This document shows, one piece after another, positions 19,099 to 28,545 of a stretch of DNA of 64,000 bases; within the stretch, counting starts at the first letter, position 1, and every line of letters starts with the position of its first letter. This stretch comes from an uncultured bacterium (lineage in GTDB: Bacteria; Fidelibacterota; Marinisomatia; SCGC-AAA003-L08; GCA-2689995). The stretch covers positions 5,119-69,118 of the forward strand of contig CAZGWH010000003.1 in NCBI GenBank assembly GCA_964529325.1, in the 5' to 3' direction. The position numbers and the translations under genes are program-made. The notes under the pieces were generated by a model. The model was not told the origin of the DNA, did no database searches, and worked only from the letters and a program-made list of their open reading frames with translations.

Positions 19099-19425
19099 CT
19101 ATATTAAATGATTTGGAACATCTAATTTCAATAATAACATTGCCTGACCATGTGTTTTTCCCTGTGCATCGTTTATTAAAGTTTCGGACCCGCCTCCACC
19201 CAAGCTATCACCTAAAATAAAATTTAATGCAAAAATATTATCTAATTCATATCTTATTACTTCACCTTTTGCAATTGATTTAAAATGGTTTTTTATTAAT
19301 TCTACAGTTATATTTCGTTTTGCCCATTGATAAATATCATTATTTTTAAATAATACTCCTACATTTGAGCTTGGTCCTTTATCTCCAGATCTTGCATTAG
19401 CTATTTGTTTTAATTCAATTAACAT
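19099..19425 (-). CDS. AtuA-like C-terminal (DUF4387-type) protein
   Basis: RSGDKGPSSNVGV and GGGGSETL motifs. It sits directly downstream of the DUF1446 gene. Confidence 0.55.
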   Translation of the reverse strand: MLIELKQIANARSGDKGPSSNVGVLFKNNDIYQWAKRNITVELIKNHFKSIAKGEVIRYELDNIFALNFILGDSLGGGGSETLINDAQGKTHGQAMLLLKLDVPNHLI

Positions 19426-19436
19426 TATTATAACTC

Positions 19437-20795
19437 CTATGTTTTTACTATACTAACAGTTGTTTTAATTAAGTTTTTAGGGATTAATGTCGGCCAATAT
19501 GCAACAATTGGTTGAGCTTTTGGCCTCCCTCCAGAAAACCCTGTAATTCCAGGAGGTCCATTCGTAATAACTGGTGCTAATTCTTTACCAAATCGATTAA
19601 CTTTTTCTTTATTTTTATCTTTAACTCCTAATCTTAAAACCACTTCATTTATATTTTTTGAAATATTAACAATATCTTTATGGCATGAATTTACTCCTAA
19701 AAACTCAGTTTGTGTATCTTCATAAACACAATCAGCATTTTTAAGTCTTTCCCATATAATTTCTGCTGTTTTTTTTGCTTTTTCCATCGCATCGGGGCCT
19801 GAAATTGTTAATTGACCTGTAGCTTTATAGCCAGCAAAATAACTTATTGCAACTTTATATGTATCTGTTTCTTCCAATCCTTTAACATTGGAAATATGTA
19901 CTCTATTATTGCCTAAATCCTCTAATTTGAAAGATGTAAAATCCACACATACATCAGGTGAAATATATTTTTTAGGATTCCCCATTTCATATAAGATTTG
20001 TTCACAAACCGTTTCTCTATTTACAAGCCCACCACTTTGATCTTGCTTTGTAATTATAAAATCGCCTGTAGAATTAATTTCAACAATAGGGTATCCAATA
20101 TTAGCAAGGTCTGGCACTTTCCACCATTTTGAATAATTCCCACCCGTACATTGAGCACCGCATTCAAGTACATGTCCTGCAAGTGTACCAGATGCCAATC
20201 TATTTATATTTTCTTTCACCCAACCAAATTCATAAATTGTTGGACCTAGAACAAGTCCAGGATCAGATACTCTACCCGCAAGAACAATTTCAGCTCCTAA
20301 TTCTAAAGCTTCAGCAATAGGAAAACTATTAATATATACATTTGCAGAAGTAACTTTTTCTCTTATTTGATCAAAACTTGCTCCTGTTTCTAAATTTTCA
20401 AAAGAAACCCCTTGAGAAATAAACTGATCAATTTCATCAAAAATATCATCACCTTCAATAATGCCAATTTTTAATTTATGTCCCAATTTATTTGCGACCT
20501 GAACTAATTTTTGGCTACAACTTTTAGGGTTTACTCCTCCTGCATTTGAAATAATTTTAACTGAATTTTCTTTTATTATATTTAAGGATAATTCAATCAT
20601 TTCAACAAAATCATTTGCATAACCGGCGTCTGGATTCTTTAATTTTTGTCTTTGCATTATTGACAATGTAACTTCAGCGAGATAATCTAAAGTTAAATAA
20701 TCAATATTCCCCTTTTTCAATAGTTGAATAGGGGCATCAATAGAATCTCCCCAAAAACCTTGACCATTTCCAATACGTGTTATTTTCGAAATCAT
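19437..20795 (-). CDS. Acyclic terpene utilisation AtuA-like protein (DUF1446)
   Basis: N-terminal GNGQGFWGDSIDAPIQLL...DYLTLDYLAE; the length is also typical. Confidence 0.7.
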   Translation of the reverse strand: MISKITRIGNGQGFWGDSIDAPIQLLKKGNIDYLTLDYLAEVTLSIMQRQKLKNPDAGYANDFVEMIELSLNIIKENSVKIISNAGGVNPKSCSQKLVQVANKLGHKLKIGIIEGDDIFDEIDQFISQGVSFENLETGASFDQIREKVTSANVYINSFPIAEALELGAEIVLAGRVSDPGLVLGPTIYEFGWVKENINRLASGTLAGHVLECGAQCTGGNYSKWWKVPDLANIGYPIVEINSTGDFIITKQDQSGGLVNRETVCEQILYEMGNPKKYISPDVCVDFTSFKLEDLGNNRVHISNVKGLEETDTYKVAISYFAGYKATGQLTISGPDAMEKAKKTAEIIWERLKNADCVYEDTQTEFLGVNSCHKDIVNISKNINEVVLRLGVKDKNKEKVNRFGKELAPVITNGPPGITGFSGGRPKAQPIVAYWPTLIPKNLIKTTVSIVKT

Positions 20796-22465
20796 ACTTG
20801 TAATACTCCAAATTTAGGTTCAGGAAATTTAGTTTGATGACTAACAATTTCCAACGATTTAATTAATGTTTTTCTTGTTTCTTCTGGAGCTATAATCTCA
20901 TCCACCCACATTCGTGCTGCTCCATATTTTATATCTCCTTGTTTATCATAGCGATCTTTAATTTCATTATATAATTTTGTTTTTTTTTCTTCACTTATAT
21001 CCCCCATTTTTGACAATTTAATTTGTAATAATGTTTTTGCAGCTTGACTTCCACCCATTACTGCAATTCTAGCTGAAGTCCAAGCAAACATAAAGCGAGG
21101 ATTATAAGCTCTTCCTGACATCGCATAATTACCTGCACCATAAGATCCTCCAATAACAATTGTTATTTTAGGAACAATAGAATTAGAAACTGCATTTACT
21201 AATTTTGCTCCATCCTTTGCAATCCCCCCCCATTCTGAGTCCTTTCCAACCATAAACCCATTTACATCATGAATAAATATGAGTGGTATTCTATCTTGAT
21301 TACAGTTCATAACAAATCTTGCCGTTTTATCTGCTGAATCAGAATAAATTACACCGCCCATTTGTAATTCTCCAGATTCTGTTTTTTGAATTTTTCGCTG
21401 GTTTGCAATAATTCCTACATTATACCCACCGATTTTAGCATTCCCACAAATAATAGTTTTTCCATAGGATGCTTTAAATTCATCGAATTGGCTATTGTCA
21501 AGAATTCGAGCAAGAATTTCTTTTATATCATATTGTCCTGGGTTTTCAGGATTAAAGAAACCTTTTAATTCATTTATTTCAAATTTAGGCTCTTTAAATT
21601 CATTCGCAACAAATGCTCTACTGTCTGAGAAATTTATATAACTTAGTATCGATTTTATTCTATTTAAAGCACTAATATCATCCTTTTCATGATAATCAGT
21701 TGTACCACTTATTGAGCTATGTGTATTTGCTCCTCCTAATGTTTCTTGATCAATTTCTTGACCAATTGCAGCTTTTACTAATGCTGGACCCGCTAAAAAC
21801 ATACTAGCACCTTCAACTATAATATATTTGTCACACATAACCGGCAAATATGCCCCGCCAGCAACACAGGGTCCCATCACTGAAGCTATTTGAGTTATTC
21901 CCATTGCAGACATTCTTGCATTATTATAAAATATTCTTCCAAAATGATTTTCATCTGGAAAGACTTGCTCTTGAAAGGGTAAAAATACACCTGCACTATC
22001 AACAAGATAAATTATAGGAATATTATTTTCTAATGCAATTTGTTGTGCTCGTAATGTTTTTTTTAAACTAATTTCAAAATATGCTCCTGCTTTTACAGTT
22101 GCATCATTTGCAACAATAACAGCTTGCCTCCCATCAATTAATCCAATGCCAATAATAACACCTGCAGACGGAGGTGAACCAACTTCATTATACATTTCCC
22201 ATGCTGCAAAAATACCTAATTCTAAAAATTCGGAGTTATTATCGATTAAATAATCAACTCGCTCTCTTGCTGTCATTCGACCTTTTGTATGCTGTCTTTC
22301 TATTGCTTTTTCACCACCACCTAATTTAATTATTTTCTGATGATTTCTAAACTCTAAATTCAATTTATTAAAATTAGAATAATATTCATTGAATTTTTCT
22401 TGATTAAGCTCGGATATATTTGTTCCAATATTAGCCAATTTCTTCCCAAACCCCCATTTTTTCAT
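20792..22465 (-). CDS. Acyl-CoA carboxylase carboxyltransferase (beta) subunit, methylcrotonyl/geranyl-CoA carboxylase type
   Basis: GGGEKAIERQHTKGRMTARERV, ANDATVKAGAY and GGSYGAGNYAM motifs. Confidence 0.9.
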   Translation of the reverse strand: MKKWGFGKKLANIGTNISELNQEKFNEYYSNFNKLNLEFRNHQKIIKLGGGEKAIERQHTKGRMTARERVDYLIDNNSEFLELGIFAAWEMYNEVGSPPSAGVIIGIGLIDGRQAVIVANDATVKAGAYFEISLKKTLRAQQIALENNIPIIYLVDSAGVFLPFQEQVFPDENHFGRIFYNNARMSAMGITQIASVMGPCVAGGAYLPVMCDKYIIVEGASMFLAGPALVKAAIGQEIDQETLGGANTHSSISGTTDYHEKDDISALNRIKSILSYINFSDSRAFVANEFKEPKFEINELKGFFNPENPGQYDIKEILARILDNSQFDEFKASYGKTIICGNAKIGGYNVGIIANQRKIQKTESGELQMGGVIYSDSADKTARFVMNCNQDRIPLIFIHDVNGFMVGKDSEWGGIAKDGAKLVNAVSNSIVPKITIVIGGSYGAGNYAMSGRAYNPRFMFAWTSARIAVMGGSQAAKTLLQIKLSKMGDISEEKKTKLYNEIKDRYDKQGDIKYGAARMWVDEIIAPEETRKTLIKSLEIVSHQTKFPEPKFGVLQV

Positions 22466-23393
22466 ATTTTTCTATTCTATTATGAATTAATTCTTCAATT
22501 GATAATTGAGATAATTCTTCAATTGTCGATAAAATATAATTTTTAACATTTAAAACAATTTCATCAAAGTCATGGTGAGCTCCACCCAATGGCTCTTTGA
22601 TAATATTATCACAAATACCTAATTCTTTTAAATCCTGTGCCGTAACTTTCATCGCGTCCGCCGCTTGTTCTGCCCTTGAGGAGTCTCTAAATAATATCGA
22701 AGCACATCCTTCAGGGGAAATAACAGAATACCATGTATTTTCAAGACAAACAATTTTATCTGTAACTCCAATTCCTAAAGCACCCCCAGATGCACCTTCA
22801 CCAATAACAATGCTAATTGTCGGTACTTTCAACATTGACATTTCAAATAAATTTTTCGCGATAGCTTCAGCTTGCCCTCGTTCTTCTGCTCCCAATCCTG
22901 GATATGCACCTATCGTATCAATAAATGTTATAATAGGAATATTAAATTTTTCAGCTAATTTCATAATTCGTAATGCTTTTCGATATCCTTCTGGTCTTGG
23001 CATTCCAAAGTTTCTATACAATTTATCTTTTGTAGTTTTTCCTTTTTCCTGAGCAATAATCATAATATTTTGATTATTTATTTTTGCCATGCCTGCAATA
23101 ATAGCCTTGTCATCTGAATAATATCTATCACCATATATTTCTATCCATTCATTTGAAATTGCATTAATAAAATCTGATGAATGTGGTCTCTTGGGATGCC
23201 TTGCTAATTGAACTCTTTCCCATCTAGATAAATTTAAATAAATAGTTTTTTTCAAATTTTCAAATTTTAAATTTAATTGTTCAATTTGTGACGATATATC
23301 CATTCCTGTCTTAATAGATGTACTTTTTAAAGTTTCTATTTTATCTTCTAAATCTTTTAGAGGAGCTTCGAAATCTAATAAATATTTTGTCAT
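22431..23393 (-). CDS. accA: Acetyl-CoA carboxylase carboxyltransferase alpha subunit
   Basis: LARHPKRP, DTIGAYPGLGAEERGQAEAIA and GEGASGGALG motifs. Confidence 0.9.
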   Translation of the reverse strand: MTKYLLDFEAPLKDLEDKIETLKSTSIKTGMDISSQIEQLNLKFENLKKTIYLNLSRWERVQLARHPKRPHSSDFINAISNEWIEIYGDRYYSDDKAIIAGMAKINNQNIMIIAQEKGKTTKDKLYRNFGMPRPEGYRKALRIMKLAEKFNIPIITFIDTIGAYPGLGAEERGQAEAIAKNLFEMSMLKVPTISIVIGEGASGGALGIGVTDKIVCLENTWYSVISPEGCASILFRDSSRAEQAADAMKVTAQDLKELGICDNIIKEPLGGAHHDFDEIVLNVKNYILSTIEELSQLSIEELIHNRIEKYEKMGVWEEIG

Positions 23394-25454
23394 TTAAATT
23401 TTCAACATTGATTTTAATATAATTTCTAAATCAAATAATAATGATTGATTTTGTATGTAATATTCATCAAAGAGATTTAAATCTCTTTTTTTATTTGGAG
23501 ATTTAATTTGCCCTAATCCAGTTAACCCTGGTTTAAACATTAAATTTGGATTAATAAACTCCGTGCTAATTTGCCTGCAACCAACAAAACTTAAATCACC
23601 TTTTAATATTGAATATAAAGTAGGGATATTACGAATAAGAGAAATTGAAGAATTAAAATATTTTAGGTTCAAATGAGTATTTCTATCGCCCCAAATTGAC
23701 TTTAAATTTAATGGGTAAAAAAGAAATAACATAAACTGTAAAGGAAGAGTTATAATTATTAGAGTAAATGAAAAGAGAATATCAAATACTCTTTTAGATT
23801 TTAAATTAAAAGCTTCAAATAGAGGGATATCTAAATCAATTAATTTTATCAATCCTAGCTCTGTTGTTATTCCCTTACCAATTAACATATTCTCGTTTAA
23901 AGAAACATATTTTATAGAAACATTTAATCCCTTGATAGATTTAAATAAATTAATTAAGAAATTTCCAGAATATATTTTTTCAGGAATTATTATTTCATTA
24001 ATATTGTGTTTCTGAATTATTTCTATTAAATCCTCTTCTCTACCAATAATTTTAATATCGTTTTTAGAATTGTTTTTATCTAAGCCAAAATCAATATATC
24101 CAATCAAATTAAAATCAATTGATGGGCTATTAATAAGTAATTCTCCAATTAATTGAGAGTCTTTCCCTATACCGATTACAGCAATATTTCGTGTGAATAA
24201 TGGTGAGTTTTGGGAAAAATGAGTTCGTCCATTTTTATATAATAAAATTGCAATCACTCGCCATGCAGGAATAAATATTCCGCATATAAGCGATGATAGG
24301 ATTAATACTACTCTTGAATATGCAATAATTGAAATATAATAAACAAAAACGGTAGTTATAAAAAAAGTTATTAAACATACTGCAAAAGAGCGACCATATG
24401 ATGTTAATCTTTTTGAATATATTTTAAATTTTAAAGCTGTAATAAACCAAACGATAAAATAGCAAAATATTAGTGGAAAATGTTTTATTAATAATGAAAA
24501 ATCAAATTGTATGTTATAATTCAAAAAATACCATGTATATATTGAAAACAAAAATGAATTCATAATAATTATTGTATCTAATGTTAACGATATTAATTTT
24601 AAACTATTTTTCTGAATGTATGAATTTAATAAATGTATTTTTATACCAACTCTAATAAATAACCATGAAATCGTCCAAAATTTAAATTTATGGCTATGTT
24701 TTTTAAAAAATAAGGTCATTGATTTATGAAATATACTTATAGTATTAAATGGTGCATATTTGTGGCTTTCACCTTTATAATGAATTATTATTGCCTTAGG
24801 GATAAATAAAATTTTATATCCAGCATCTTTCACTCTTGTGCAAAAATCAGTATCTTCAAAATATAAGAAAAATGATTCATCAAACCCTTCCATTTGCTGA
24901 TATATTTTTTTATGAAACATCATACATGAACCACTAACTGCATCCACTTCAGTAATTTCATTTTCATTACTAAATGTTTTATTATATTTACCAAAAATCT
25001 TAGATTTAGGAAATAATTTATCTAGCCCCAGTAGTTTTGAAAATCCAATTAATAAAGTAGGAAAGGACCTTTTTGAAGCAAGCTGTAATGAGCCATCGGG
25101 ATTAACAACTTTCGCACCAACAATTCCAGTATTATTGTTATTTACTAAGTACTTATGAAGAATAGCTAATGTTCTATTTTCAACTAATGCATCTGGGTTT
25201 AATAAGCAAATAAAATCTCCGTTTGCAATTTCAACACCTTGATTTACTGCTTTAGAAAATCCATAATTTTGTTTATTTTTTAATAAAGTGATTTCTTTAA
25301 ATTCATTCTCTATCATTTCAGCAGAATGATCAAAAGAGTCATTATCAACTATAATAATTTCAAAAGGAATACTAATTTTAGAATTATAAATAGATTTAAG
25401 ACATTGTCTTAAATATGATTTCACATTATAACTTATAATAATTATACTAAGCAT
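23394..25454 (-). CDS. Fusion protein: GT2 glycosyltransferase + polytopic linker + bacterial sugar-transferase (PGT) domain with degenerate catalytic motifs
   Basis: The N-terminal part is GT2 (IIISYN, VDNDS, NPD, FEDTDFCTR). The C-terminal part is PGT-like (KRVFDILFS..., KPGLTGLGQI), but SLIRNIPTL replaces the LDELPQL motif and VGCRQ replaces VGPRP. Confidence 0.8.
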   Translation of the reverse strand: MLSIIIISYNVKSYLRQCLKSIYNSKISIPFEIIIVDNDSFDHSAEMIENEFKEITLLKNKQNYGFSKAVNQGVEIANGDFICLLNPDALVENRTLAILHKYLVNNNNTGIVGAKVVNPDGSLQLASKRSFPTLLIGFSKLLGLDKLFPKSKIFGKYNKTFSNENEITEVDAVSGSCMMFHKKIYQQMEGFDESFFLYFEDTDFCTRVKDAGYKILFIPKAIIIHYKGESHKYAPFNTISIFHKSMTLFFKKHSHKFKFWTISWLFIRVGIKIHLLNSYIQKNSLKLISLTLDTIIIMNSFLFSIYTWYFLNYNIQFDFSLLIKHFPLIFCYFIVWFITALKFKIYSKRLTSYGRSFAVCLITFFITTVFVYYISIIAYSRVVLILSSLICGIFIPAWRVIAILLYKNGRTHFSQNSPLFTRNIAVIGIGKDSQLIGELLINSPSIDFNLIGYIDFGLDKNNSKNDIKIIGREEDLIEIIQKHNINEIIIPEKIYSGNFLINLFKSIKGLNVSIKYVSLNENMLIGKGITTELGLIKLIDLDIPLFEAFNLKSKRVFDILFSFTLIIITLPLQFMLFLFYPLNLKSIWGDRNTHLNLKYFNSSISLIRNIPTLYSILKGDLSFVGCRQISTEFINPNLMFKPGLTGLGQIKSPNKKRDLNLFDEYYIQNQSLLFDLEIILKSMLKI

Positions 25455-26173
25455 TACTTTATTCTAAATAATCCTTGAAAACTTAATTTTATCACAACCC
25501 AAGCTGCTTCATAAATAATTTTTTTAGTCATTTTAGATTTCCCAACAGTTCTATCAACAAAAATAATTGGAATTTCTTTTAATGAATACCCATTTCTTAA
25601 AGATTTTGTATTCATTTCAATTTGAAAAGAATATCCCTCCGATTTAATTGATGATAAATTGATTGATTTTAACACTTTAGAATTAAAACATTTAAAACCG
25701 CCAGTGGCATCAATTATTGGTAATCGAATAACAGTCTTCGCATATAAATTTGCAAAATACGACAATAGCAATCTTCTCATAGGCCAATTAACAACATTAA
25801 CTCCATTGACATAGCGACTTCCAATAACAACATCTGACCGCTCAGATTCATCAAGTAAGCGAGGAATATCTGTAGGGTTATGTGATAAATCGGCATCCAT
25901 TTGAATAATTTTATCATAATTATTATCTAATGCCCATTTAAATCCTGTACAATAAGCAGTACCTAATCCTAATTTCCCCTCTCTTTGAATTAAATGGAGA
26001 TTGGAATTCGTTTCCATATTTTTTCTTACAATATCTCCAGTTCCATCTGGAGAGTTATCATCAATTATTAAAATATCATAATCCGAATTTACTGCCCATA
26101 TTTGACTTAGTAACTCCAAAATATTATCTTTTTCATTGTAAGTTGGTGATACTATTAATGTTTTTTTATTCAT
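25454..26173 (-). CDS. Polyprenol-phosphate sugar synthase (Dpm1/GtrB-like GT2)
   Basis: PTYNEKDN, IIDDNSPDGT and QMDADLSH motifs. Confidence 0.85.
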   Translation of the reverse strand: MNKKTLIVSPTYNEKDNILELLSQIWAVNSDYDILIIDDNSPDGTGDIVRKNMETNSNLHLIQREGKLGLGTAYCTGFKWALDNNYDKIIQMDADLSHNPTDIPRLLDESERSDVVIGSRYVNGVNVVNWPMRRLLLSYFANLYAKTVIRLPIIDATGGFKCFNSKVLKSINLSSIKSEGYSFQIEMNTKSLRNGYSLKEIPIIFVDRTVGKSKMTKKIIYEAAWVVIKLSFQGLFRIK

Positions 26174-27059
26174 TTATCAGTCGTTTTAATTGATTTAAAC
26201 TATAGTCTAAAGTATAAATATGAGCTCCAATTTCATTAGATATCTTGCTCACATCTAAGTTTGTTTTTTTGGGTCTAACCGGAATTTGATTAAGATTTTC
26301 AGATTTAATTGGGTGAATCAACGAAGAATCAAAATCAAATATTTCGGCAATTAATTTTGCAAAATCAAATCGAGATATCAAATCGTCACTACCATAATGA
26401 TATATTCCTCTTGCTTTCATAATTATACATTGTCTAATTGCTTGTGAAAATGCAGTAGTCCAAGTTGGATTTGATATTTGGTCTATAACTACATTTATTT
26501 TGTTCTGTTTCCTTAAATTTTGAAAAACCCATGATACAAAACTTGCACTAGAATTAATATCATTACCAAAAAGTACATTCGGTCTAAGAATTAAATACTG
26601 TTTATTTGATCCTCTTAATATATTTTCTGCTTCTAATTTAGTTTTTCCGTAATATGTTTTTGGATAGGTTGGATTTTTTTCTGAATACCAACCTGAAACC
26701 CCATCAAATACATAATCTGTTGATATTTGAATAAATAGAGTTTCATTTTTCATTACGCTTAATAAATTTTTAACTCCATTTACATTTATATCGACAGCTT
26801 TTTCTTTTTCAACTTCACAACAATTCACATCTGTAAAAGCGGCCGTATTTATTATTATATTAGGATTTATTTCATCGCAAATATATTTTAATTCCGACTT
26901 ATTTGTAATATCAAGTTTAATTTCATTATTATTAAATAAACTAGGGTTAGATATATTCTTATAAATTGCTGGAACTACATTATAAAAAGGGCTAAGCTCT
27001 AAATAGATTGATCTACCCAATTGTCCATTTGCTCCTGTTAAAAGGATTGTTTTAGACAT
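26166..27059 (-). CDS. rfbD: dTDP-4-dehydrorhamnose reductase
   Basis: LLTGANGQLG Rossmann motif, STDYVFDG and YGKTKLEAE motifs. Confidence 0.8.
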   Translation of the reverse strand: MSKTILLTGANGQLGRSIYLELSPFYNVVPAIYKNISNPSLFNNNEIKLDITNKSELKYICDEINPNIIINTAAFTDVNCCEVEKEKAVDINVNGVKNLLSVMKNETLFIQISTDYVFDGVSGWYSEKNPTYPKTYYGKTKLEAENILRGSNKQYLILRPNVLFGNDINSSASFVSWVFQNLRKQNKINVVIDQISNPTWTTAFSQAIRQCIIMKARGIYHYGSDDLISRFDFAKLIAEIFDFDSSLIHPIKSENLNQIPVRPKKTNLDVSKISNEIGAHIYTLDYSLNQLKRLINE

Positions 27060-27520
27060 TAATCAATCTTACATCCATTTGATTTAAATAAATCTAATTT
27101 TTCAGCTAAAGCATCATTTTCGAGTGAAAATATTTCAGCACAAAGAATTGCTGCATTTATTGCTCCAGCTTTTCCTACAGCTACTGTTGCGACGGGTACG
27201 CCTTTGGGCATCTGTACTGTTGCAAGTAATGCATCCATTCCATTAGAAATACCACCAGGCATTGGTATTCCTATTACAGGCAAGGATGAATGTGCTTTAA
27301 TTGCCCCGGCTAGATGTGCGGCCATACCAGCAGCACCAATCAAACAACCATATCCATTTTTTCTGGCAGTTTTTGAAAACTCACTAACCTCCTTGGGGTT
27401 TCTATGGGCAGATAATACATGTAATTCCCATTCGATTTCAAAAAAATTGAAATATGGCTCTGAAGCCATTACTGTATCTTTATCGGATGTACTTCCTATT
27501 AATACTGCTACTTTTTTCAT
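27059..27520 (-). CDS. purE: N5-carboxyaminoimidazole ribonucleotide mutase
   Basis: GSTSD, SAHRNP and GAAGMAAHLAG..PVIGIP motifs. Confidence 0.95.
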   Translation of the reverse strand: MKKVAVLIGSTSDKDTVMASEPYFNFFEIEWELHVLSAHRNPKEVSEFSKTARKNGYGCLIGAAGMAAHLAGAIKAHSSLPVIGIPMPGGISNGMDALLATVQMPKGVPVATVAVGKAGAINAAILCAEIFSLENDALAEKLDLFKSNGCKID

Positions 27521-27564
27521 ATAATTACTCCTATTTTAATTTATTAATGAATAATTGTAAATAT

Positions 27565-28545
27565 TTAATCATTTAATGTAAAAGTTTTACTATGTTCAAA
27601 TATTAACTCAAGTTCTTTAAGCATTAATATTTTTGAATTCCCAGGATTATTAACATACCCAGTAACAAATAATGTTTGTTCTAATTCTTTATTTTCAAAA
27701 ATAAAACAAATAAATGGTCCTCCTGTATTTGATTCAGTGTGGCCATAAACTCCTTTTAATATTTTATTTTTTTTACTAATCGACTGTTTTCTATAAAACT
27801 CACTTATTTCAATATTGGGCATTGTTCGTAATATTAACGATTCAAATATCTCCCAATAAATTTCTGATGCATCTTTATTGATTAATGGAAATTCATGAAT
27901 GGTTATCCACCTATATGGATAAACTCTTCCAATCCATAGAAAGTCCTTACTCACGGTATCTTTTTTTACTTCAATATAATCCATTGAGATGGGCATATCA
28001 AAACTAAACCAATCTTGAATTTGAACAATAATTGAATCATTTCTCATTTTTTCTGATTCAGGAATCCAAATTAATTTTTCTAATTCCGACTCATATTGAT
28101 TGAATAACCAATTAAAGTTAGAATCTAATATTGTCTCAAAATGAATTGCATCAAATGCTTGAATATTTGAAACTACTTGATTATATGCATATAAATTTTT
28201 AGTTGAAAATAAACTGTTATCATTATCTAGCACCTCATTCATTTTATTTAAATACCTATCTAAAGTAGTATCTTTTGGATTTTCAATTGAAAGGAATAGA
28301 AGATTTCGATGTTGATGAAATTCATCTAAATCATTAGCTGTTTTCCATCTAATATTAAATAATGGTTCGTATTGAGGACATTGTGCACCTTTTTGATCAA
28401 AATAATTATGAATAATTGGAGCTAATAATTCTTTATCTTCAAAAGATGTAAAAACAATTAAATCATTCAATATTCCAACGGCGTCTTTTTTAAGATTACA
28501 TGAGAAAATGAATAAGCATAGTAATAAAATTATTTTTTTTTGCAT
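27565..28545 (-). CDS. Lipoprotein, DUF4837-like
   Basis: Lipobox LFIFSC. The family call is tentative. Confidence 0.45.
   Translation of the reverse strand: MQKKIILLLCLFIFSCNLKKDAVGILNDLIVFTSFEDKELLAPIIHNYFDQKGAQCPQYEPLFNIRWKTANDLDEFHQHRNLLFLSIENPKDTTLDRYLNKMNEVLDNDNSLFSTKNLYAYNQVVSNIQAFDAIHFETILDSNFNWLFNQYESELEKLIWIPESEKMRNDSIIVQIQDWFSFDMPISMDYIEVKKDTVSKDFLWIGRVYPYRWITIHEFPLINKDASEIYWEIFESLILRTMPNIEISEFYRKQSISKKNKILKGVYGHTESNTGGPFICFIFENKELEQTLFVTGYVNNPGNSKILMLKELELIFEHSKTFTLND

Noticed and set aside
22597-23052. A 151-aa plus-strand ORF. Similar antisense ORFs lie at 27204-27524, 1656-2006, 37273-37581, 55253-55552, 43054-43778 and 63124-63360.
   Set aside because: All lie inside, and antisense to, genes with strong family signatures (accA, purE, the RecQ-like helicase, purL, the WecA-like transferase, the acylase, wzz). 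None has a motif of its own.
20792-23393. The idea that accA and the adjacent carboxyltransferase gene form one acetyl-CoA carboxylase unit, or a frameshifted single gene (35-nt overlap).
   Set aside because: The 557-aa protein is a complete fused alpha-beta carboxyltransferase of the MCC/GCC/PCC type, and accA is a complete ACC alpha subunit. The overlap is an ordinary start/stop overlap in different frames.
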